Shown: positions 12,112-25,903, counted from the stretch's first letter. The stretch: 64,000 bases of DNA from Psammoneis japonica (GCA_008632985.1 QPGO01000067.1:320142-384141); one strand, 5' to 3'. Notes: generated by a model from the letters alone, not told the origin. A program made the numbers and translations.

Positions 12112-13023
12112 ATGCCTCCCTCTCGAGCACCTGATATGATTGACAACGCGTCTCGAAAAGACGAGAAAGCAATGGCATCAAAATCACTCTCATCCTCAGA
12201 GGGTTCGTCCATGTCTGAAGAAGAAGACTTTGAGTATGAAGAACCCGACGCGATTCAGGCCTTTATTCCCGAATATTTGCAAAAATTCATTCTTCCCTAC
12301 CACAGTGACTTTTGTCAAACAACAATTTTCGATTACCGATTGGTGGCACAAGTCATGTCGGAGGGATTCTTGCCGATTGCGTACCGCCATGTTCTGCTTC
12401 CGAAATTACACAAGCAACGCAGTGTGATTTCGTTGCCGGATGATTTGCATATATCCAAGTCTGTGCGTAAAAAGGCCAACAAGTTCAAATTTACAGTCAA
12501 TAACGACTTTACGGGAGTAGTAAGGGGATGTCGCGAACAGCACGATCATTGCTGGTTGGTGCCGCCGCTGGTAAAAGCTTTTGAAAAGATTCATCAAGCA
12601 ACCAAATATGCACTTGGATGCCAAGTACATGTCTTTGAGAACTCTGAGCCTACAGATCGTTTGGTATCTGTGCGGCTGTACTCGTTGGAAATTTACAATG
12701 AAAATTCAGAGCTAGTTGCTGGAGAACTCGGTTATACGGTGGGAAGCATCTATACGTCTCTTACTGGTTTTTCGACTCAAGACAGCGCTGGTTCGGTACA
12801 GTTGGCTGCTCTTGGTCGATTACTGTGTACTTCTGGGTTTCATCTTTGGGACTTGGGGATGGATATGGATTACAAGCGTCGATTGGGTGCGCACCTCATG
12901 AGACGAACGGAATTCGTTGAAAACGTTGTGCGAGTCCGGGAAACCTCGTGCAAGCTACCCTCGTCATCGAAACGTGGATGGTGCGCAAGAAGTGTCATTG
13001 ATGGTGCCCCAACTCGGCCGTGA
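12112..13023 (+). CDS. Leucyl/phenylalanyl-tRNA-protein transferase-like (Aat fold)
   Basis: LHISKSVRK, FTVNNDFTGVVRGC, LVAGELGYTVGSIYTSLTGF, GSVQL, WDLGM..YKRRLGA. Confidence 0.85.
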   Translation: MPPSRAPDMIDNASRKDEKAMASKSLSSSEGSSMSEEEDFEYEEPDAIQAFIPEYLQKFILPYHSDFCQTTIFDYRLVAQVMSEGFLPIAYRHVLLPKLHKQRSVISLPDDLHISKSVRKKANKFKFTVNNDFTGVVRGCREQHDHCWLVPPLVKAFEKIHQATKYALGCQVHVFENSEPTDRLVSVRLYSLEIYNENSELVAGELGYTVGSIYTSLTGFSTQDSAGSVQLAALGRLLCTSGFHLWDLGMDMDYKRRLGAHLMRRTEFVENVVRVRETSCKLPSSSKRGWCARSVIDGAPTRP

Positions 13024-13103
13024 CAACTTTAAAGAAGATTACATAATAAATGTGCGTTAATTTTCTAATTTCTGTGTGGCCCAGTACAGGAAACTGTCTT
13101 GGT

Positions 13104-15410
13104 CTAATTAGCTACTTTTTTGTTGAAGAACGCCCAGAGCCTTGTAGATGGTGCATTGAACGCCTGGTCGTTGTGGTCGTTGATGCGCTTTGCAATATTC
13201 TCAATGTCACTTACAATGTTCGTCGTTACTTTGGAAGGCTCAAAATTCGTAACAATGCGAAGAAGATCTTCTGTCATGTCCGTGTGTCCAAGAATGTCAA
13301 CATGTTCTGAGCTCCTGGGGCCGCCCCTCATGTCCACGCTGAACTCTGGTTTGTGCATGTATTCTCGTGTAATGATCTCGGCACCAGCAGGGTTGAGCTT
13401 GGAGTTCTTTCGTCCCCAACCATCCACGCACATGTATCCCAAGGAAAGCAAGGGAACTGAGCCGTCGCCATCAACAAACCGAACTCCGTGTGAGATATCC
13501 TGCTCAGGATCGTCAATAGCAGTATCCAACACAAATGGAAGATCCAAGTCAATGGCTTGACATTGTTGCGAGTCGGTATCATCTTCATCACTGACAGTGT
13601 GCTTGTAGAAATAGGCTCGCTCGGTTTCTAGTCCAACTCCGTACATGCAGTAGATCTTGAGGAAGGTGCGTAAGGTAGAGGAGTTTCTAATGGATCGAAA
13701 CGAATCATCTCGGACTTCTTTCTGCCTCTCGTGGATGAAAAGAGTTGTGCATTTGTGAGGTGTTTCCCGTACCCTCCACCCCAGTAAGCAAGGAAATCAA
13801 GAGTTTCTTCCATGGATTTTGCTGAAGGGGAAAGAAAATCGAAACCTTTCGAATGTAATTTCTTTCCAGTCTTTGGAAGCTTGAGGTGATTGCATGTCGT
13901 GCTGCTATCTCTGTCCCGGGTTTTCGTTTGAATATGTCCAGCCATGTCGGCTTCGCTAGATGGTACGTCTTTTGACACTTCAAGAAAAGGTGTGTCTTGC
14001 GTTCCAAGTATTTCGGTCCCTTGGTCGTCCTCGACACAACGGAAGCTCCTCACAATTGCGCCAGAACTACAAAAGTCTGCGCCACTACCCCAAATGGCAT
14101 TACCTCCCGTAGGAAGCATCTCCCAGAGAGATCCCCATGTTATCCAAAGGCCTTTCCGGATGCGTCGCCCGAAAAAATGTTCAACCATCGTTCCGATCGT
14201 CCCTAGTAGCGCCGCAGTATCCTTAAATTCGCCGGAAAGAAGAGCAGGGACGGCCTTGGGGACTCTAAGTGAAAAAAAGATTGGAAAGGTTTAAAAAACT
14301 CAACGACACTGCACTTTTCTCGGCACTATTATTAACAAAAACTCACCCTAGCATTGGACCGCCGATATTGACGATCGAGTGAATGTGCTTGTCAACCCAA
14401 TCTGCTCCAGCCCCACCGCCTCCAAGCTTCTCTTCAGTTGTTACCCAAGTCAGAAAATGCATTACTAGTATACCTCCCATTGAATGTGTCGTTAAGACAA
14501 CCTTCTTCCCTCTAGTCTTGTGCATGGCTTCGATTGTGTATCGAAGCCTTGTCAAGTATCCGTCTCGCTCTTCAAGGATTGGAAACGCCAGCCTCCAGTC
14601 GTAGCTCATCATTACCATGTTTGACTGGTCATAGCCGACATCTGCAAGATTATTTATGAGCTTTTCCCACACCCAATAAGTTGCCATGAAGTAATCTGCA
14701 GCCTCGAAACCCTGGGCTGCCCGTAATCGAATGTCAGCTGGATCACCGCCTGTGAAGGGGTCGAGAGCGAGATGTCGCAAGAAGCAGTCACGGTCCGTAA
14801 AGAATGTTTTCGCTGTCCCCAATGACCCCCATAACCGTTGTCGAAAGTGTTTGCGTGCACATTCCTCTCCTTCCCACAGCTCGAGTCCGGATGTGACAAA
14901 TCCAGGAATCATAACAATGGGATACTCAGCCTTGGCACCTTCCTGGGCAAGGCGGTACCCTGGTCGCAATTCTCGTTGTGCCATGTATGCCATTGATATC
15001 GACCCGTTGATTCGAGACCACCCATCTTGTAGGATGGTGCGCGTCATTAATTCTTCTACCAGGTCAGTCTCTGTCACACCAGCTTTGTAGAGACAAGACG
15101 CCAAAAACAATTGCACGAACATAATTGTCACCGCATAGCCCACCAAGCTTCTCAGGGGTACATGGCGAACGTGCGACAGGCGCTGCAGACTGAGGCGACG
15201 CCCATAAAAGGATTGGTCTTCTCCTTCTGATACCTCTTCCTCTGTAATTTCCACAGACTCAACAGGCGGCGCATCCGCTCGAGTCGACTGAGAATCGTCC
15301 GACAACATCTGTGAGTCGTGACAACTCGAAGATTCCTCGTCGAATTTCTTATTGGTTGACGCTGATTTGTTCGAAGCATTTTCTGCAGCAGTATTATCAG
15401 GCTCTACCAT
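13104..15410 (-). CDS. PDAT: Phospholipid:diacylglycerol acyltransferase (LCAT family)
   Basis: PIVMIPGFVTSGLELW, YDWRL, THSMGG nucleophile, DGDGSVPLLSLGYMC, HVDILG. Intron 14265-14346 gives MLGVPKAVPALLSGE. One 1-nt frameshift near 13660 (APSLKIYCMYGVG). Start uncertain. Confidence 0.9.
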
Positions 15411-15895
15411 GATGTTGCGTTCTATTTCAAAGATTGGAGCTATGAAGGAGTATCGATACCGAAAAAAACAATTTCCGGTGTCCATGTTGTTCTCCTTTCT
15501 CACTTGGAATTTCTGGAGAGATTCCATGACACGCATGACATCGATTTTGTGAAAGCAGAACAACAGCAGGAACATATTATATGTATTCATGTTTGATGAT
15601 GTTGATGTTGCGTTAGATCGAACACACGATCTACCGTTAGTCCTCGGTTGAATTGTCTTTTGTTACAGATCAAAAGGCTGGAACGCTTCTACTAAACACT
15701 GGTAGATACATAGAGGCAACTCTAACTGTTTTATTCAAGCTATTCTATTGCTACTTTGCTGTCAAGATTTGGGTTTCTGCTACTTCCGGTTTGTTGCAAT
15801 GGCACACATCCAGCAGTCTGCCTAACCACAGGTTAGCATGTGAATGCACGCCGTTGACTCCTACAGACACAGCAGGAGAACAACCACATCATGAT

Positions 15896-16810
15896 CTACA
15901 CACGCCTACCATACTCGCTATGGTAGTTGACGCAAGACATCCTTGGCTTGGAGGTGTGATCTGGATCCAACCAAATCTTGCAGCTCTGAAACGGCGGGCA
16001 ATACAGATGCATCGTAACAGCTGGGACAGTCTCGTTCGGGTTGCCCACTTTGTGGTAGCCCATAGAGTCGGTAATGTAGTAGACGCGGTCGCTCTCTGAC
16101 AACAGGTTACATACAAGGACGAGAAAGTGAGCGAATTTGATGTGATCAGAACGCAATGCAGGATTACTCAGCCTCTCTGGTCTCTGGAGTGCCTTCATTG
16201 CCACTCACCATGGATACATTGTCTGAAACACAATCTAATCGATCCGACTCGGCATTCTGGACATAGCGTTGTTCTTGAATACTCCCTTCGCACAAGCGCA
16301 TCCAACACCCATCGCAGGGGTGATTGTGCACGGGACTGGCGTGCCCAGGATTCCAGCATAGCAACATGAGGGAAAACGTTTCTCCATCTGTGGCAATCAG
16401 ATTGCGAGTGTAATGCTTGGAAGGATCAAATATAGCAAACCTCTCCCATTCATGCTTGTCCAAGGCGAGTCGTCTGGACATAACGATATTTCAGAGAACA
16501 ATCAGTGTGAACGAAACGTGTGAGCGTTGGATTCGCTACAGGATGCAGGAGTAAAACAAAAGAAAGGCACAGAAATCACTCACCCAAACAAATCTCCAAT
16601 TGCATCTGTCGTGGAACCATCATCGCCTGGAACCACCGTTTCAGATTTTTCTTCTCGGATTGTCGTGGGAAGCGCCGCGACGAACTCCTCCAATGAAAGG
16701 GATTGATTCACAACATCTCGTTGCAGTTTGCTCGTCGGCTTTCTGGAAAGAGCCTCAGGTGGCGTCGCAGACGAGGTCGGAGAAGACGAAAGGATAGAAG
16801 TTGCGTCCAT
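15896..16810 (-). CDS. CDO: Cysteine dioxygenase type I, 3 exons
   Basis: YTRNLI, LMLLCWNPGHASPVHNHPCDGCW, GYHKVGNP, MHLYCPPF. The motifs are split by GT-AG introns. Confidence 0.88.
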
Positions 16811-17334
16811 TGTTGTTGTATCTCACAAAAGCGAATCAAGTTAGAGGATGCACTGTTACAGGATGCACCGAACAGAACAAATGCGGCATAAGAAGTGAAG
16901 CCCCCCCGAGATGAGAAAAAACGTGTCACGCGCTTCGCGCACACACGATTCGAATTTTGGAATTTCCCCAAATTTCCCGCCAATTCTGTTCGGTGTTCGG
17001 CAGATTCTAAGAATTTTTATTTGTTCACGATGATCTATCATAAAACTGCATCATTTCTTGACTAAGTATCCATATAATATCATTTAGATGACGTGTCTGA
17101 ACCTCAAGATTCAAAATCCAAAATCGTCTGGTCCACACACTTTCTCGTGTTGATTGAGCTGTTTGTTATGGATCTAAAACATCATCGTGATCGTTTCGTT
17201 GTATGTATCGACTACCGCAGGAGTTACTAATCTCGAAGCTTTTATTTGTTTCATGCTTTTTTGGGTGTCTGCTGCTTTCAGATAGTTTAAAAAATTGTCC
17301 GTCGCTATAGGCTGGAGCATCAATCATAAGAAGG

Positions 17335-18786
17335 ATGAAGTGCTTCGATGTAGTTGTCGTCATCATCCTTTGCGGTGTCAGACTAGCGCTTGGAAGCGAA
17401 TTGGAAGAGGTGGATCAAACAGCGCATACTTTATTTTCGTTGCCTTTGGTCCCCTATGAGTCGCATTTACAAGCTCAGAATCATGACTCAGAGCACGAAA
17501 GATCCCGCCCCAGAGTTCGCCGTCGCCGTAGACTTGCGGAAATGAATTCCTCACAACCGTAGATCCACTTTACCAAGGATACGGCACGCACTATGTAGAC
17601 TTGTGGGTCGGAACTCCACCGCAACGTCAGACTCTCATTGTTGATACTGGCAGTGCAGTGACGGCGTTTCCTTGCAGTGAGTGCAGCGGATGCGGGAAAG
17701 GTTATCATACGGACCAGCCGTTCATCGAGAGACGGTCAAGCACCTTTAGGGTTGTTTCTTGCAATGATTGCCTCCTTGGTTACTGTCCTCGTGGTACACG
17801 ATTGTGTCAACGCTCGGTAGCCTATCAGGAGGGTAGTTCGTGGCGTGCCTATGAAGGCCAGGATGTGGTTTATTCGGGTGGTCCTCACGACGAGGCCATT
17901 CGCAGCAACAACAATGCGTTTCCGTTCCGTTTTGCTTGCCAGACAGAGCTTGTGGGCTTGTTCAAAACTCAGCTGGCCGATGGTATCATGGGAATGGAAA
18001 TGGCCGATGAGGCATTCTGGCACCAAATGTATGAAAATGGTGCCTTGGCCAACAAAAAGTTTAGTTTATGCTTTGGTCGACGTCCGATTGCCGCTCGCGA
18101 CGGAACAAATGCGGGAGTAATGACATTGGGCGGGGCCAATACTCGTTTGCATGAAATGCCAATGGTGTATGCAAAACAATTAAACCGAGAAGGATGGTAT
18201 GCAGTGAACATCAAGAAGATCTATCTTAGGACACGTGGTGGTGATGGGGTTGTTTCGTCCAACGAGAAAAGTGACCATGTGGTCGGTGTGCGCATATCAG
18301 AGAGTGACCTCAATTCTAGCAAGAACATCATAGACAGCGGTACCACTGACACGTACCTTACCAATAAGCTGGCGAAGCCCTTTTCCAGTGCATGGAAACA
18401 ATTGACGGGTCGCGAATACGACAATGGGAGCCATAGATATCATGACGGAGAGCTACTGGCGCTACCCACCATTCTATTCCAGCTTTCAGGAGATCGATCT
18501 GCAAACAAGGACCACTCATTGTCTGGGCTTGCAGGAAAGCTGATGAAAGCAATCCGAGCGACATTCTGTAGCCATGCCACCGACACACTACATGGAATAC
18601 GACACCAGAACCAGAAAGTACCGAAGTCGACTGTATTTCAATCAGCGACATGGGGGAGTTTTGGGTGCAAACTTTATGATGGGCCATGATGTTTTGTTCG
18701 ACATTGACAACAATAGACTGGGTTTCGCTGAAAGCGGCTGCGACTTTTCATTGATCGCCAATGATGAGACTTCGGGAAGGAAATAG
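17335..18786 (+). CDS. Secretory A1 aspartic protease (plasmepsin V/ASP5-like), no C-terminal anchor
   Basis: Signal peptide; YQGYGTHYVDLWVGTPPQRQTLIVDTGS; IIDSGTT; VLGANFM..FDIDNNRLGFAES. Small frameshifts near 17555 and 18540-18570. Confidence 0.85.
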
Positions 18787-19457
18787 CTAGTCTTACTACA
18801 GTAGTAGAGAGTAGAATACAATTTCAAGTGAATGTGCCTTACAAAATGTTCTTGTTCGCAGACTTCTGATGTGAGAATTTACCTAAGTCTCTAGGTAGCT
18901 ACTCTTAGTAGAAAGAGAGGAGAGTGACTTACAGCCAGCAAAGACTGAAGAATCTAGCTAGACTCTAGCGACTGTCTCTAGGGAGAAAGGAGAGCGACAT
19001 ATAGCTAGTAGAGCCCCCTGGTATGACATTCTATAATAGGTGCACGCATTCATCAAAATTTGCGATTTTGAGAGTTGGGGGCTTGCGGCAGGGAGTCTTT
19101 GACGTTCTGCTCCGATTCGAAAAGCAGGCGAAAACTGGGCGAAACTTTGGCGAAAAGCCAAAAGGAAGAGAAAGATAAAAGATAGACGAGTAAATAAAGA
19201 CACCAATCAAGAAGGATTTCAGTAGTGATTTTGTCCAGAGGAGAATGTCACGGCCCTGTTTTCGCTGTTAGGGCGCGTCCCACAGCCGGGGGTGAGCGCT
19301 CTTTAGAGGAGATGCACACCAAAACGAAAATCACTTGACCAAGATGACAATCGATGCACCAAGAGAAATGAAACTATGAAACGATATCTTTTAATAATAC
19401 ATTTGATACAGAGTTGATAATGATCGCAATGGGATGACATATCGCTGCGAAAGCGCT

Positions 19458-21031
19458 CTATCCGCTTCCGTCCGAGGACGAGAGTCCGTCTTCGCTCTCA
19501 TCCTCGCTGTGCACGAGCTTCAAGCCTGTCTGCTGTTCCATTTCGTGAACATCCATGGAAGACCCCTCCCAATATTCCTCTTCGTAGTCATAATCATCCC
19601 GTTGCTCCCACCACGGTTGGAAAAGACTCTGGCACGTCTCTTGTTCCTTCCAAAGATCTAAAAGGTATTGATAAAACTCTACCAGCGTCTTTGTCTTGTC
19701 TCGCTTCGAAACCCAATTGTAAGCGCAACAGGCTCCGTAAATATGATTGCGAGCTTTCTTTTCGGCTCGACTCATTGCTTGTTCTGCCTTTTTGGACATG
19801 GCTCTGTCAGGTTCTTCCAAACCTTTCTCCTTGGCCTCTTTCATTAAATTTTCTTCAATGGAAACATCCATGCTGGGATGAAAAGTTCCCGGGCATTCCC
19901 GCCTTGATGAGTGCCATGACCACTTTCTGCTTTTCCTTGTAGCATTGTTTGGCACGGTATCGCCTTACATCCCTCATACTTGCATACCTATACATGACTT
20001 CTTCCGGGTTGTAGTGTACATCCTGCCAGCGTGGACCGTACTCGTCACCGTCTCCATCAATGTGAAATAAAAGTTTGAAAAGACGATTGAAATCGTCGGC
20101 AGAGAGCCACAGAATCGAGCACCACAGTTCACCAAGTGCTGAATCATTTCGGTTTGCTTGGAGGCAATGACCCACGCCAAGGCCAATTCACCCACCGGCT
20201 CGAGTTTCTCTTTTGTTCCGTCGGGGTTATAGGCCACAACATCTGCTTGCCAATGCGCTCGACTACTCTTGAGAGCATGACGGACCACATGATGATGACC
20301 CAAAATAGCAGCAATACCCAAGGCTGGTATCCCCACTGGTCGAACAAAACGATAGTCCTCCTCGTCGTTTGGAATCCTCAAGGGCGAGTTAATGGTCAAA
20401 TACTCTTCGTCTTCGTCGTCGCGGCCTCTTTTTTTGTTATTGTCATGATAGTTCCTCTTCAACACGTCATTCATGGCATGAGAGAGACCGTAGGTGGCAC
20501 AAAAGTACAACAATTCCGCTCGAGTACTTTTTTTCGATTCGGTCACCAGATAGCTCAAGACATTGCGGGTCAGTGTTGCCATGGGCAAGCTACGAATCTC
20601 ACCACCACCATTTTCAGAAAATGCATCATCAATGGCACTAAAAGGCGCATCACCTCGTTCGATTTCATCCTTGTAAACTTGACGACTCTGTTCTTCACGA
20701 TCTCGTCCCAAAAAGAGTCCCATCCATACATGCAAATCGGGTTTGGGACCCTTGAGCATGCGATGAAACGGGTGTTCGTAAGAATCAAAACTACGATCGT
20801 AACCGGGTGAATTGTGGTAAAACATTTCTTCACAAAACATGGCTCGTACGTGATGTGCCGCAGCATCCACGACGGCCGGATACGGACCCACGTGCTGTTC
20901 AAAGGCCGCCAGGGCTCGGCGTCGTTGGTGATTTTAGGATTGGGGCTGGAGGTGAGAGGCTGCAACAGCTGCTCGAGCTCTTTGAGAACCGCGGTTGTCG
21001 TCGTGTCGTTATCGTTGTTGCTCTGGCTCAT
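19458..21031 (-). CDS. Hypothetical protein with possible ankyrin-like segments (frameshifted across three ORFs)
   Basis: Collinear ORFs 20570-21031, 19974-20891 and 19458-19955. ALGIAAILGHHHVVRHAL and MIQHLVNCGA resemble ankyrin helices. Confidence 0.5.
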
Positions 21032-21332
21032 TGTCTTGTTTCAGCAATAGGAAGTGGTAGTTTCTTGCGCTGACTTGCTATGGATGGCTGCTATGATATG
21101 GATACAATTTGATTGTGGGTTCTCATTGCAACCTTTTATCGACAAGAAGCAAAGGGTGCGTACTGTACGTTGGAAAAGACCGTACAGACAGACCGCCACT
21201 GCGATTTTGCTTGCTTGGCTTATTGCTCAACTCCGCAATGGCCAACGCCGCTACTCCGCCGCGCTGTTGCAGAGAGACAAAAAGGCAGGTAAAGGCTCAC
21301 AGTAACCCCACATGCTTGGACGAGACACAAGC

Positions 21333-22676
21333 ATGCGCAAAAGAAAAAGAAACGATTGTCAACTTGGGGCAACATTCGTTGTGTTTCTTTTTGGGTTCAT
21401 CACAACATTGTGCACCGCCTTTACGGTTTATGATTCGATTCCTTCTTCAAGAGTAGGCATGGTCGGTAGAGAAAAAGTGGGTCTTCATCACCGCAAAAGA
21501 TCATGTACTCCAACTTTGTGGAGTACAACAGGGGCATCCAACGACGTGAAACATGTTGTCCCAGTTGGAGCTCTTGGCCCTCCCGAGATTATCCGAAACC
21601 TGAACATTGGCGAAAATCTCAGAGCTTTTCGACGAATCAATGCGCTGGGTAGTGACGACAGCTCGTTGAGAAACTTCACCATTGAACGCGTGTCGTTTAC
21701 ACCCGACTGTTTTGTAATGAGTGAGTACAAGAGACCCTGATGATGTCGAGGTAGACGAGTGCTTCAAAGAATGATTTGAAATCTCGGTTTCTAATCTCCA
21801 CATCTCTCTGACCTCTCTCATCTCATCCTCCATGTTGAAGGAGACTTTCTTTCATTGGAGGAATGCGACGTGATTATTGCAGAAGCCGCCGCTCGCAACA
21901 TGACTCCAGCCGAAACCATTACGGAGGGCGATTCAACTCACGACGATATTGTGACGTTGCATGGATTGAATCATCCAGTGGCGGCAAGAGAGAAAAGGAG
22001 TGCGTTTGGCTTGTAAACTCCTTGGTGCAGTCGACAGCAAACATTTTTCTAAGCAATTACGTCAAGTCAGATCCACAGGCCGGTGTCGAAGACTTGCAGG
22101 TGCTCAAGTATGGAATCGGCGGCGAGTTTGTTTTGCACCAAGATGGAGAACCGCGTGTTTTGACAATCATTTATTATGGTATGTGTAGATAGAAATGAGG
22201 ATTTTTCTGTCTCGTAGTCATTGCAGGGTATGTGCGCTAAATTATTGGAATTTGTTGTACAAGTGAATGGAGTAGGAGGAACATGGTTCCCTTTGGCGAG
22301 AACCAGCAACTCGGTTGATGATAGTCCATGTCGACACATGGACAACGAAGAAATGAATGACGTGTTTGCTGAGCAAAGAAAGAAGGCTATTCATGACAAG
22401 GAAGAAGCGCTAAAGATAGGAATGGACTACGAGCCTGGAAAACATGGATTGTTGGTAAAGGGGTGGTCGTCGGAAGAGAGCGAGGCACAAAATCCTCACG
22501 CAGCGTTGATAAAACGAGGTGATGCAATAGCTTTTTACAACTATCTTGATGATGGATCTGGAAGACTGGATTGGAGGGCTCTTCACACGGGCCTTCCGAC
22601 TCGGGAGGAGGACGGAGTCAAGTGGATCGCAAACCATTGGTTTCGAATGTCGTCATTAACAAGAACGCCACAATAA
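21333..22676 (+). CDS. Prolyl-4-hydroxylase-like 2OG-Fe(II) dioxygenase, multi-exon
   Basis: EDLQVLKYGIGGEFVLHQD, RVLTIIY, GGTWFP, RGDAIAFYN, ALHTGLP..KWIANHW. Hydrophobic N-terminus ending ..CTAF. Confidence 0.8.
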
Positions 22677-22915
22677 AGTCGAGTCTCGTTACCCGTAGGA
22701 TCGCCCTCAATTCCACACCTTCGATTGGGACTCCAATATCGTCAAACAAAACAAACTGAGAACTGCATGCCGCTCTCTTCTTGGCAATGGGTAAGCTGTA
22801 TGTAGAATTAGCGACATTTGTCACGTCTCTCAATACGCGACCAGCCTCGAAGATCATAAAAAATGTAGCAATTGATTTTGCAATCTATATTATTTGTTTC
22901 TTTGCTATTTCACCC

Positions 22916-24978
22916 TTAGTCAAACTTGTGCCCTTCAGGCTCGATATCATACCCCACACCTTCATCAGCAACGCCGTCGTCCGACTCCTCATCGTCTTCA
23001 TCATCAATGGCGTCCTCTTCATCAAGGTCATCGTCATAAGACCTTGGGTTGTCTCTGTATCGGACAAAGTCTTCAGAGTCCAATTCGTCATCATCATGGA
23101 AACTCAACTCGCCAACTTCGAGTTCGGCTTGTTGATAGGCAATCCTACTGCCTCGGCGCATTCTTCTCACTGCAAAGAGAATCACCAATACGGTAACCAA
23201 GACAACGGCTGCTACACCACCCTGGCAAGCCGGGGTCTTGCACGATTTGGCGGCAGCATACGGAGCAGACTTGAGCGCGTCCAGCGTCGACTTTCCCGTT
23301 TCAGGCTTCTTCGTTTTAATATCTTCAACGTCAACTTCATCATCGTTATCCTCTGCACTCGGCTCTCCTTGCGTGTCATCGTTTTCTGTAGCTCCGCCCG
23401 TATCATCATCATCCTCGTCTAGTGCTTCCTGCTGTTCTTCCTTTTTTACCTCAGTATCCTCAACTTCTTCATCTAGTGTAAACACACTGCCATTTTCATT
23501 GACAAGTCGAGTGTAGTCGCAAGTGCTCTCGGCCCACCCGATTCGGCCATTGTCCACGTCAAAGTTGACATCGTGTCCCATCATGGTATTCCCACCCAAA
23601 ACAGAGCCAGATCCCTCGTCCGTGTAGAACCGTGCCACGTACTTTTTATTCTTGCTATCCCATTCCATGTAGTGAGAAGGCGGAACCGCAACAACGATAT
23701 CATATGGGTGATCGGGATCCAAACTGCCAGCCAGACCCACAACATCATCGGGGTTTTCAGCGAGCTTTCCGTTCATTTTCATATCGCCTTCGATTTGAAT
23801 GAGAATGGTAGGGAGGTTATCAAGCTGTGCTTCCGTCAGATCCGTTGGATCGTGACCGTACTCTGCATTGGTGAAATGCTTCCAAGCATCTGAAAAGGCG
23901 CTTGCAATTCTGCGAGTAAAATACGTGTCTGTGGTACCCGAATCCACGATAATGCTGCCCTGGTTCAACACTGCCTCGCTGGCATCCAACGGGAGCACTT
24001 CCAAACTTGGATCTGTAGATTTGGCCGAGTCACCACCGCCACCCTGGCGAAGGTACATTTTTCTCACACGCACACTAAAGAATCCGCTACGGCCATTGGC
24101 CATGGGCGAGTACACGACTCCATTCTGATTATCACGATGAAGCCTTCGGTCAAATCCTCCCAAAGTGAGTGCACCGGATTCTGTTCCTTCTCTCGTCGCA
24201 GTGGGTTGACGAGAATAACAGAGAGAAAAGTTCTTCTTCTTGATGACTCCGGCGTTGTAGGCTTGCAACCAAAAGGCCGTTGCCGCATTGTCCATACCCA
24301 TGATTCCATCAGCCAACTGCGTCTTGAAAAGACCGGTAAGTTTGGTCTGACATCCAAAAGTCGCTTTAAAGGAGAAGCGGTTCGCGTGAGACGGATCAAG
24401 ATCGTTCTTTTTCTTATTCTTGTTCTGGCCTTCTTCCAAGCCCATCGTGTGCGGGCCACCAATGTAGCAAACGTCTCTGGCCTCATAAGCACTCCACGAG
24501 CTCCCCTCCTGGTAACTCATACCAATTCTACATCCTGGCTCTTGTCTCCACCACAACGTCCTCTTGTGCACTCGCCACACCCGACGCGATGAAAGGTACT
24601 CGAGTCCGCCTCGATAAAGTACTTATCGGTATGGTGCTCTTCACCGCAGTCCGTACAACCACTGCACGGAAATGCCGTTACGCCACTGCCTGTATCGACA
24701 ATGACTGTCTGACGCTGAGGAGGAGTTCCGGTCCACATGTCGACATAGTGTGTGCCATATCCCTGATAGAGAGCACCCACCTGCAACTGCAAATCCCGTT
24801 GTGACCTTAGCTGCAGAGACCGTCTCCTCCGAACAACATCATTGGTCGATTGCAACGAACGACGAGCTTTCTGAACATGATGAGGTACCAATGGGATATG
24901 ATGGAGCGTGTCGGCGGTTACGGTGCCCGCCAACACGGCAGCAAGTGTCGTCGCTGCGGTCCATAACATCATGGTCAT
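22916..24978 (-). CDS. A1 aspartic protease (plasmepsin V/ASP5-like) with C-terminal TM helix and acidic tail
   Basis: QRQTVIVDTGSGVTAFPCSGCTDCG; IVDSGTT; TM segment VAAVVLVTVLVILFAV-RRMRR; D/E-rich tail. One 1-nt frameshift near 24535. Confidence 0.88.
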
Positions 24979-25260
24979 CTCTGAAGCATAAATTCAAGAA
25001 CAATGCCGTCCGTTCGCTCAAGGGCGGACCAGCCGCCAACGGCGAACACGATTACAGATAGGTAGATTTCTACGTTGACTGGTACTGACCGAAGTCATTA
25101 TCGAATGATGTATACATTCACTCAGGTTTTATATTTCATAGTCGTTAAATGATGAAGATCCGGGTTATTCAGCGACGAAAAGATAGGTTATCGGTCCTCC
25201 TCTTCCAAAATTCCAAAAATCTGCCGCCGACCGCCGACGCAAAAAAATCTTCACGCAACC

Positions 25261-25903
25261 ATGGCATCATCGGCATATTCACCGTGGCTGTACTTTGCAG
25301 CGGGAGCATTGCTTCCCTCTCTTGCATTATTATTTTTAAGGAATCGTCCCGACTATGAAAGCGACTCGGACGATGAAGACGTGGTTGCTGGCGTAAGAGT
25401 CGCGAGTGGCGATTCCAAGAAATGGGGATTACTTGATGGACCCTACAAAGTGAGTGAGGAGTCTCTTGCATGCCAAATGAATCGAGAAAATCAAAATTTG
25501 TACTTTTATGTTGTTTGGAACTCACCATTTTTTTTTCTCCTTTCCACTTACGTTTTCAAAGATGGTATTGTGCGTCAATCAAGAACTGAGCATGGGCAAG
25601 GGCAAAATCGCCGCACAATGTTGTCACGCGGCGGTTGGTTGTTATAAGCGTTCCTTGAAACAATGTCCATCTGCGCTGAGAGCGTGGGAACGAACCGGTT
25701 GTGCCAAGATTGCCGTCAAATGTCCGAATCAGGTAGAAATGCAAGCGATTGCCGTCGAGGCGTTGGAGCGAGACATGCCCATTTATTTGGTGGAGGATGC
25801 GGGACGAACTCAAATAGCAGCAGGTTCTCAGACTGTACTGGGTATAGGACCGGCACCAGTTTCTGTTTTTGAAGGAGTCACGTCACATTTAAAGTTAATG
25901 TAA
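25261..25903 (+). CDS. PTH2: Peptidyl-tRNA hydrolase 2
   Basis: N-terminal TM anchor; intron 25450-25561; [45 protein letters not shown]. Confidence 0.93.
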
